64,000 bases of DNA from an uncultured delta proteobacterium (GTDB lineage Bacteria > Myxococcota_A > Polyangia > Haliangiales > Haliangiaceae), in contig CAWKDB010000010.1 in the NCBI GenBank assembly GCA_963848295.1, forward strand, positions 384,001 through 448,000, written 5' to 3'. Every line of letters starts with the position of its first letter. The first letter of the stretch is position 1. Shown here in pieces: positions 28,850 through 36,463 of this stretch. The notes beneath the pieces were generated by a model. It did not search any database. It had not been told where the DNA came from and worked only from the letters and a program-made list of their open reading frames with translations. Made by a program: the position numbers and the translations under genes.

Positions 28850-28876
28850 CGATGCGCGCCGATTGGAGACGTTGCA
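28850..28876 (-). promoter_or_regulatory. Putative ECF promoter TGCAAC-N15-GCATCG (copy 3)
   Basis: Exact motif ending 7 nt before the GTG at 28843. Confidence 0.6.
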
Positions 28877-29098
28877 AGAAAACTCGGCGATCGCCTCGGC
28901 CGCCGGAGCGCGACGCGTGGTCAGAGCTCGCGGAGGCCCGGCGCCGCGACGAGCTCGCGAGCCAACTCGCGCATACGCACGAAGGCGCCCCGCACCGCGG
29001 CAGGCGAGGCGTTCACGGTCGAAGGCATGGTCATCGGTTGGAGCACCGAAGTAATCCAGGAGGACGCGATGGCGAGGCCGGCGATCGGCGCGCAGGCA

Positions 29099-29557
29099 CT
29101 ACTGCAGCGCGCACTGCACGAGCGACAGGTGATTGCCGTCGACCTTCGTCACCTGGCATTTGGTCGCCTTGACCGTGTCGGTGGCCTTGATCGCCTTGGC
29201 CTTGGCCGCCTTGCCGAAGTCTGCGAAGGTCAGCGTGACCGCGTGCCCGTTGCCGGCATCGGCGTCGATGCCGTACTCGCCCGCCGGATCATCCTTGATC
29301 GCCTTCGCGGTCACCTCGACGGAGACCGGCTTGAACTCGAGAAGGTCCATCTGCTCGAGGCCCGCGACCTTCGTGAAGATCTCGTCGGCCTTGTAGACTT
29401 TGTTCGGATTGTCGGTGGCCGGCTTGGCGGGCGCAACAGCGGGAACGGCGGCGCCGGGAACTGGGTTGGCGACCGCGGCGGGCGCATCGTCGCGCTTCTT
29501 CGCGCACGCGGTGAAGACAGCTGCGGCGACGACGATCACGAGCAGAGACCTTGTCAT
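29099..29557 (-). CDS. Lipoprotein, possible OB-fold
   Basis: Lipobox VFTAC; beta-rich C-terminus with a Cys pair. Confidence 0.7.
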   Translation of the reverse strand: MTRSLLVIVVAAAVFTACAKKRDDAPAAVANPVPGAAVPAVAPAKPATDNPNKVYKADEIFTKVAGLEQMDLLEFKPVSVEVTAKAIKDDPAGEYGIDADAGNGHAVTLTFADFGKAAKAKAIKATDTVKATKCQVTKVDGNHLSLVQCALQ

Positions 29558-29757
29558 GGCGGCTCTATAACATGGCGGCTTGGCCCCTACTGTTACCTTT
29601 CGACCCAAGCTCGAGCGTGCGCCGATCGGCTCGCACGGGCAGACCCAGGGCGATGTCCCGTCTGTTGTTGAATCTTGGTGACGGTTGCGGTGGTGATCAC
29701 TACGGGGCCTTCGTTCACGTTGCAACGGGTGCGTTCGTGTTTCGTGAATGAGCGCGG

Positions 29758-31458
29758 TCAGTCGGGCGCTGCGATGAACGTATCCCACGCGGCCTCAGTC
29801 GGCGGATTGCGTGCGAGCCACGCCTCGGCACCACCGCCGCGCACGCGCGCGTAGTCGGTCTCGGCGAGTGGAACAAGCAGCAAGATGCGAACGCTTTGCG
29901 CGGTGCCCATTGCGACTGTGCCGCCGTCGGCGATCACGAAGCCACCGATCCTCAGTTCCTCGATCGGTGCAGCGACCGTATCGCCGACCTTCCAACCGGT
30001 TGGCGCTTCGAGCGCGAACGAGGCCAGCACGCCGACGAGCTTCACGAGCTCAAGCGTCTCGAGGGGGACCCACGCAGCGACTTCAAACCGCGCCTTGCGG
30101 CCAAACCCGTTCGTGACGACAAGGAACCCGCGACCGTCTTCGCGTGCGCGCACCTCGACGTTGTGCTCCAGCGGTTGCCGGCTGTTTGCAGGGACGTCAC
30201 GAACGATGTGACTCGGTACGAGCTCGGCGAGGCCGCGATCGAATAGCGCCTGGTAGAGGTTCACCGCGATGTCGCCGTCGACGGAGAGTTCGCCTCTTGC
30301 AACGAGCTCGAGGTTGCCGTCGAGATCAGTGACTGCGTAGGTCGTCGCCGCACCACGGTCGTCGATCTCAAGTGGCCACGCTCCGATGGAGAGTCGCACC
30401 GGCACAGAGATCGTATCGCCCGCTTGAAATTCGCGATTGTCGCGGATCATCCGATAGCACGCGTAGAGCACGGCCTCGTGGCGGCGCGACCGACTCCAGC
30501 GATCATCGGCATTCACCGCCGCAAGCACGTCGGGCAGGCCGAATACGTCCATGCCGAACGTCGCGTACCTCGCCTCGCCGTCGCGTCGCGTGATCGCGAC
30601 ATCGAGCCAGGCCGCGAACGGCCGACACTCAGGATCGTCGAGTTCGCCGAGTGCGCGCACGAACTCGTCGATCGGTACGACGAGATCACCTGCACGATGC
30701 AGCACGACGCCCGTCGCCGAGTCCGCGAGCATGCAAACGAGTCGGCTGAGCTGGCGCATCGAGCCGTCGGGCGCCCAGCAGTCGCGCGTGTTGGCGAGGA
30801 TCGCTCGAGCCTGACGCTCGCCGCCGGGCAGGCCCATGCCGAGGCCGATAAACGAGCGACCGAGGTCGAAATCCTCGGCCACGTTGCGCGCATCGAGCCC
30901 ATCTTTCGGGAACGTCGCGCGCCCCGCGTATGTCAACACGTTGCCTCCCGGCATCGCGAACTCCAGGTCGCGCTCGACTTTCACGTCGAAGCCATCGCGC
31001 GGGAACCCGCGCGCCGCAGCCCATGTACGCACAGCCTGGTGGCCCGTCGGCAACGGCTCGCCCAGCAACACGGTGATGATCCCAAGTTGGCGCGCCGTCG
31101 CAGCAGCCTGCGCGGGCGGCTGGGTGCGGCTAGGAAGCCCTTGCTGCGCGTCGCGCGCTGACAGCAACGCATCGTAGTTCGCGTCGGCTGGAGCGAGCTT
31201 CACGACCCGAGCCTTCCAGCCGCGCGGGTCGGAAGCGATCTCCTCGACGATCACCGACGCACCGACGACGGGTTCGAAGCCTTTACACGCCGATCGACCG
31301 AACCGAAGTCCCTCGCCGCTCTCAAGCGCGAGCGTCCCGACCGCATCGGCGACCAAGAATGTCGCGATCGTCGCGCGAACCGGCACTTCGGGCGCGGTCG
31401 TGACCGGCAGTGGCGCAGCGGTCTGCTTTGTCTTACGAAACCGGTCGAAGATACTCAC
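29758..31458 (-). CDS. Multidomain hypothetical protein (DUF4261-like plus SUFU-like regions)
   Basis: YATFGMDVFGLPDV; C-terminal VVTNGFG...FEV...GDTV...LLVPL.ETD. Confidence 0.65.
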   Translation of the reverse strand: MSIFDRFRKTKQTAAPLPVTTAPEVPVRATIATFLVADAVGTLALESGEGLRFGRSACKGFEPVVGASVIVEEIASDPRGWKARVVKLAPADANYDALLSARDAQQGLPSRTQPPAQAAATARQLGIITVLLGEPLPTGHQAVRTWAAARGFPRDGFDVKVERDLEFAMPGGNVLTYAGRATFPKDGLDARNVAEDFDLGRSFIGLGMGLPGGERQARAILANTRDCWAPDGSMRQLSRLVCMLADSATGVVLHRAGDLVVPIDEFVRALGELDDPECRPFAAWLDVAITRRDGEARYATFGMDVFGLPDVLAAVNADDRWSRSRRHEAVLYACYRMIRDNREFQAGDTISVPVRLSIGAWPLEIDDRGAATTYAVTDLDGNLELVARGELSVDGDIAVNLYQALFDRGLAELVPSHIVRDVPANSRQPLEHNVEVRAREDGRGFLVVTNGFGRKARFEVAAWVPLETLELVKLVGVLASFALEAPTGWKVGDTVAAPIEELRIGGFVIADGGTVAMGTAQSVRILLLVPLAETDYARVRGGGAEAWLARNPPTEAAWDTFIAAPD

Positions 31459-31502
31459 GCCATGTGAAGTAGCACGGCTCCGACGCGGTCGTCATCGCAT
31501 CG

Positions 31503-32901
31503 CTACGCGGCCTTCGTTCGCGATGCAACGGGTGCGATGGAGTTCTCGTGATGCGCGAGCGCGCGCATCAGCTGGGTCATGCCATCGCGCGCACCTGTGA
31601 TCCTGCGGAAGCGCGTTGCGGCATCGGCGACAGCTGTCACCGTCCACCGCAAGATCATCTTGCCGCCACGCCAGCGCTTCACGCGGCGTGAGAGCTGACG
31701 GACCGAGCCCATGAGGTTCTCGATCGCGTTCGTCGTTGAGAGCTGCCGTTCGAGCTGTTTCGGGAGGCCGAGGCGCTTCACGGCGAGCGTCTCGTCGAGC
31801 CCTTCTTCGAGGGACGCCGCCGCACCAGGATGATCGTTCCGGAGACGACGCACGAGGTTCGTCAGCGTCGAACGTGCACGATCGGCGTCGCTCGCGGCGT
31901 ACGCGTCGCGCAAAGCCTGCCGCACCGACGGCTTTATCTCGTCGGGAAGCTGGTCGAGAACGTTGCGAGTCTTGTGCGCCTGGCAGCGCTGGACGATCGC
32001 GCGGTCACCGAATACGTTGCGCACCGCCTTCGCGAGTGCCTTCGACCCGTCGATCACGACGAGGGTCGGACGGTCGGTGCGGAGACCACGATCGCGCAGA
32101 TCGGCGAGCAGCGCCGTGCACGCGGCAGCGTTCTCGGTTGCGCCCTCGCGAACACCGAGCACGTGCTTCTTGCCGTCGGCGTCGATGCCGAGCGCGACGA
32201 GCAGCACGTGCTCGTCGATGTGCACGCCGTCGATCATGAGCACGCCGAGATCGAGCGCGCCGAGATCGCGACCGAGCCACTCGGCCATCTGCCGCTCGGT
32301 GGCAGCGACGAAGCGACGGCTCACCGCACTACGGCTCGTGCCACGCGACGGCAGGTCCGCCGGCAGCGGCTCCAGCGATCGAGCGTAGCGACGTGTCGTG
32401 ACGCCGACGAGCATCTGCTCGACAGCCCGCTCGCGCAGCGGATCCTCGACGCCGAACGCCGTCCACGAGGGCAATTGCACCTCCTGACCGTCGAGCGTAC
32501 GTGCACGCGGTCGTCGGACCTGCACGCGTCGACCTCCCATCACCAGCTCACCCGGAGCCGATCCCGATCGTCGAGCTTCACGCGTCGGCAGATGCGCGTA
32601 CCGCGGCCCGACGATCTGAGTGCGCTCCTCTTCGAGCATTGCGGCCAGCGCGGCGGTCCCAGCGCCGATCACGAACTCTCGCAGGTTCTCGCGCACGAGG
32701 TTCCTGAGCCCGAGGGCGAGCTCCGCGTCGCGAGCGACTTCTCCGAGAACGGTCCGGAGCTGAGGGCGAGTGGCTTCCGCGGGGCGTCTGTTCCTGGCAA
32801 TCTTCTTCATCGGCGGTTCCTTCCGGTTTTTGAGCCCCGAGAATTCTCTCGGGGTCGGTTGGACCGCCACCTCAATGTCAACAGGGATCGGGACTACGCC
32901 C
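31503..32901 (-). mobile_element. IS256-family element; transposase 31503..32810
   Basis: LMIDG, VVIDGSKAL, QRCQAHK.RN, STTNAIEN; left-end-like sequence with TTGACA and a CCCCGAGA/TCTCGGGG hairpin upstream; matching right IR not found. Confidence 0.9.
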
Positions 32902-33117
32902 AGACCCAGATCGGCGGGACTCGACATACGTTACGACCCTCGTGCGGACCGCGCTCCCTAGTGTGCGACGGTCCCGTCGAACGACGCGCTCGACTCGTCG
33001 CTCTCGTTGTAGCTCGTGCCCGAGATGTTCGCCGCGACTTCGGTTTGCGGCGACGACGTGACCGTGATCATGCAGGTCGGCGACGGCATCAGGTTCGTGT
33101 GGATGCTCACCGCCGTC

Positions 33118-33229
33118 GAGATGCGCGAGCTCAAGATCGAGCGCACCCCTTTCACGGCGACTGGAACTATACGATTCACCCACGACCGATCGTCGCGTGA
33201 CGAATCATGTTATCCATTCGAGCCCCTTA
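33118..33229 (+). mobile_element. ISAzo13 right-end remnant
   Basis: EMRELKIE...FHGDWNYTIHPR stop, then CGAATCATGTTATCCATTCGAG, near-identical to the reverse complement of 22081-22190. Confidence 0.85.
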
Positions 33230-33267
33230 CCGGAACTCGCACGTCGCCCTCACGCGAGGACTTCAGT

Positions 33268-33600
33268 TCAGTTTAGCTTCCGTGGCTTGGTGAATTCGGT
33301 GGTCTCTGCGCCAATCTTGGCGCGCTGCTCGTCCGTCATGAGCCTCTCGCAATCGGCTACGCCCACGGTTGTGTGTTTAAGCGCGGTCACACAGGCGATC
33401 ACCGCGTCCGACCAGTTGTCTTTCATACAATGGGAAACCACGGAGCCGAGTGCGTAGTCGCCCGCACTGCCGGGAGTGCCGGCCTTCAACCCATCTCCCG
33501 CATGGAGGCACCTCGAAGCGATCGTGGGAGCGACATCATCGGCATTCTTGCATCCAATCATGCCCAACGCGATCACGACAAATAAACACAAAATTTTCAT
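33268..33600 (-). CDS. Small Cys-containing lipoprotein
   Basis: Lipobox GMIGC; CMKDNWSDAVIAC...C..LMTDEQ. Confidence 0.75.
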   Translation of the reverse strand: MKILCLFVVIALGMIGCKNADDVAPTIASRCLHAGDGLKAGTPGSAGDYALGSVVSHCMKDNWSDAVIACVTALKHTTVGVADCERLMTDEQRAKIGAETTEFTKPRKLN

Positions 33601-33810
33601 ATTAAACTCCGTCCATTCAATAGATGGCGCTGCAGGTCCGCTTGGTGGCGCTCCCCATTCAGGTTGGGACGAGCATGCGTAAGCGCCGGTTCGGATCGTG
33701 TCGCGACGATCGTTTCGATCGCTACGCCGGACTTCCGAACGCGGCTCGATCGTTTTTGCGATTCGCGGCCTCTAACTTAACTTAGTGAGCGGCATTGACC
33801 CTAATTCGAC

Positions 33811-34287
33811 TCACCGCTCGTCGAGACGATGGGCGCTACGCTCGTCGATCGCTTTCTTGAGATCGTCGGGTTTGTCCTTCGGCGTGATCGTCACCGTGAT
33901 GCCATCTTTCTCATGTGTGGCCTTGGCGGTTGCGTCCTCTGGTACGTACAGAGGGCATGGTGCGATGGCAGCCCCATGCGGACCTTTGACGTTATACATA
34001 TCATCAGATTTCATTGCGAGTAACTCGTCAGTGCTTGTCTGGATCGCTGCGATAGTGTCCTTATCGTCGGAGGTGATCTTCACGACGACGTCCGAACCTG
34101 TGACAACGACCTTCGTGTGCGCGCCGGTCATCATGCCGGGACACGGTGGACCGAAGCGCAGGAGGCTCGTAGAAGCTGAACCAACAGTGGTCGATTCGGT
34201 TTCGACTTTCCGAGCGGAGTTGGCGTTCTTCCTGCACGCCGTGGTCACCGCCAGCAGCATAGTCACAAGTACAAGTGTGATTTGCAT
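33811..34287 (-). CDS. Lipoprotein with an internal duplication
   Basis: Lipobox VTTAC; two CP...V.V.IT units. Confidence 0.75.
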   Translation of the reverse strand: MQITLVLVTMLLAVTTACRKNANSARKVETESTTVGSASTSLLRFGPPCPGMMTGAHTKVVVTGSDVVVKITSDDKDTIAAIQTSTDELLAMKSDDMYNVKGPHGAAIAPCPLYVPEDATAKATHEKDGITVTITPKDKPDDLKKAIDERSAHRLDER

Positions 34288-34538
34288 GAAATATTCTCCG
34301 TCGTGAGTAGCGACTTGTTTGATCGCAGCGACATGCAGCGACGACCACGATGCGGCGCGCTGGCCAGCTCACTTGTCGGCGACCACGTCGTCGCGACAGG
34401 CACCTGGCGCTCCTTGACCTCGGCGCCCGTCCGCGTCTCGACGTAGCTGGTGATCGTGCAGTGGTGGTCCTGCCGCGCCGCGACGGCGAAGGCGGCGGTG
34501 ACGACCAGAAACGCGATGATCGAGAGCTTGGTCAACAC
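34263..34538 (-). CDS. Small secreted protein or remnant
   Basis: Signal peptide followed by QDHHC; C-terminus looks unnatural and overlaps the next gene. Confidence 0.4.
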   Translation of the reverse strand: MLTKLSIIAFLVVTAAFAVAARQDHHCTITSYVETRTGAEVKERQVPVATTWSPTSELASAPHRGRRCMSLRSNKSLLTTENISCKSHLYL

Positions 34539-34617
34539 GGTCGGTGTCCTTCAGGGAGTTACGGCGCTTCACACGCAGCACGTCGCGGTGTGGTCTATCG
34601 CGCAAATGCTGATTGCC

Positions 34618-35394
34618 TCATCGCTGCTTGCGCCCGCAAGTGTCGGCGAGCAGTGCCGGCTGGTTGCCTTGACGGAGCAATTGCTCGGCGCACGCGCCGT
34701 CGACGTTCTTGCACGACTCGAGAAGCGCCGGCTGGAATCCCGCGTCGAGCAACGCAACCGCGCAGCGTTCGTTGGTGCCGCGGCACGCCGACCATAGCGC
34801 CGGTGAATACCCCTTCTCACCCATGACGCTGAGACACGTGCGGCGCGGCGGTGGCGAGGTCGACCCCGACGTGTCGTTCACGGCACACTGCGAGCCGTCC
34901 CACGTCGAGCCGTCCGGGCAGGTCGCGTTCACGGCACACTGCGATCCGTCCCACGTCGAGCCGTCCGGGCAGGTGGCGGTAGTCGTATCTTGCGGCGCCG
35001 CTTGATCCGCGGTCGCGCCGACGCACTGCGAGCCATCCCATTGCGTGCTGTCGGGGCACACGCATAGATTATCGCCTGGTACGGCACCACCGCTGCACTG
35101 CAGCGGTTGGCAGGAGCCGCTGCTGTCGACGGTGTTGCCGAGCATGCAGTGGCACTCGACCGCGCCGGCCGGCCCGAATGGGTACGCGCCGCCCTGGCAC
35201 GGGCCCGGATCCGGCGTGCCCTGACAGGTTTGGCCGTTCCACAGCATCCCGTTGGCGCAATAGCAACCGCCGGCGACGAGCTCGGCGCCACCGCTGCACT
35301 GAACGGGCTGAGCGAACATCGCGCCTTTGCACCCCGCGAGACCGGCGAACAGGATCCAGAGGTGAGCTGCCACGAACGTGACACGTGGGACCAT
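34618..35394 (-). CDS. Cys-rich repeat lipoprotein
   Basis: Lipobox LAGC; repeated CPDGSTWDGSQC; near-perfect 51-bp tandem duplication at 34875-34925 and 34926-34976. Confidence 0.85.
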   Translation of the reverse strand: MVPRVTFVAAHLWILFAGLAGCKGAMFAQPVQCSGGAELVAGGCYCANGMLWNGQTCQGTPDPGPCQGGAYPFGPAGAVECHCMLGNTVDSSGSCQPLQCSGGAVPGDNLCVCPDSTQWDGSQCVGATADQAAPQDTTTATCPDGSTWDGSQCAVNATCPDGSTWDGSQCAVNDTSGSTSPPPRRTCLSVMGEKGYSPALWSACRGTNERCAVALLDAGFQPALLESCKNVDGACAEQLLRQGNQPALLADTCGRKQR

Positions 35395-35401
35395 CACGCT
35401 A

Positions 35402-35428
35402 CGATGCGGCGACTCCGCGGGCGTTGCA
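35402..35428 (-). promoter_or_regulatory. Putative ECF promoter TGCAAC-N15-GCATCG (copy 4)
   Basis: Exact motif ending 8 nt before the ATG at 35394. Confidence 0.6.
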
Positions 35429-35559
35429 TAGAAATCGGGTCTCATGCATCGCGCGAAACGGCGGCTACTTCACCGTGCAACGCTGCGCGGCGCCGGGCCC
35501 GCGTGGTCGATCACGTTCGATAGACGCTGCCTCGCGGTCGGCGACGTGCTGCAGTTGGT

Positions 35560-35660
35560 GTGTTCCACACGTGCGAGCGGTAGCTGTTGCTGCCGTCCGC
35601 GTCGGCGGTGATGAAGATCTCGCGCGCCTCGGGATAGCGCTTCACGCCGACCTGTTTCCT
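35560..35660 (-). mobile_element. Internal ISAzo13 transposase fragment
   Basis: GVKRYPEAREIFITADADGSNSYRSHVW matches the 22.5-kb copy. Confidence 0.8.
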
Positions 35661-35756
35661 TGCGATTCTCGACGAGCGCACCCACCGGTCACGCAACGCC
35701 GACGGCGTCGTGCTGAATCCGCTGCGCTCGCGCGGCTTGCATCTACGGCTCGTCGA

Positions 35757-36299
35757 GTGATCGGAATTGCTCCGGTCGAGCGCGACCTGAAAAAGCCGCA
35801 CCCACATAACATCATGAATGTGGCGCGAGCGCGGCACTACATCGCGCACCACCTGGGCGATTCGATGTACTTCTCGAACGTCGAGTACCTTGAAGCGGAT
35901 CTGCGCGCGATCCTGGAGCGTGCGCCCGAGTCCGGCGAGTTGCGTTTGCTCGAGATCCGGTACGTCGAGAACAGAAGGATTCCGTTCGGCATCTTCGAAC
36001 CCGTTACGGGATGGCCGGTGCGTGACGTGATCGGCCTTCTCCACTGTGAGGTACCGCTCGCCGCCGCGACCGCGCTGCAGATCTATCGCGCGTACGGCGG
36101 CGGGCCGAACGTGGTGACGCCGAAGGGAGCGCTCGTGCGCCAGGTGGTCCCGCACTTCAACCAGATCTGGCGGAGTGAGAACGGCAGCTTCATCGGCAGC
36201 GAGCCCGACATCTCGATCCACGACCAACCGTCGTCGGGCACTCGTCGCCGACGTTTGCCCGACGACTATCGAGCGCGCGATCGCCTCGATCGATGGTGA
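35757..36299 (+). CDS. Hypothetical protein
   Basis: Protein-like part of ORF 35385..36299; start uncertain. Confidence 0.45.
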   Translation: MIGIAPVERDLKKPHPHNIMNVARARHYIAHHLGDSMYFSNVEYLEADLRAILERAPESGELRLLEIRYVENRRIPFGIFEPVTGWPVRDVIGLLHCEVPLAAATALQIYRAYGGGPNVVTPKGALVRQVVPHFNQIWRSENGSFIGSEPDISIHDQPSSGTRRRRLPDDYRARDRLDRW

Positions 36300-36463
36300 T
36301 GATCGCTTCGTGAATGATGCGGGAGTGGACGAGGCCACGACCACTCGTTATAGCGAGCCGAAGTCACACCTCTCGCGTCGACACGCGCTGGCGGGTTCCC
36401 GGCTGAACATAGTGCGCAAGCGTGACTGCCGGCGACGTGTGCCCAAGCGCTGACGCGCAAGGA

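Noticed and set aside
29719..29726. GTTGCAAC as a fifth ECF promoter (also TGCAAC at 35476, 44880 and 54444)
   Set aside because: No GCATCG at the 15-nt spacing
31460..31502. IS256 right inverted repeat and TSD
   Set aside because: No sequence complementary to the left end was found
34875..34976. CRISPR or non-coding repeat
   Set aside because: An in-frame 51-bp coding duplication within the Cys-rich lipoprotein
5091..36400. Prophage or ICE
   Set aside because: No structural, replication, relaxase or T4SS genes recognised
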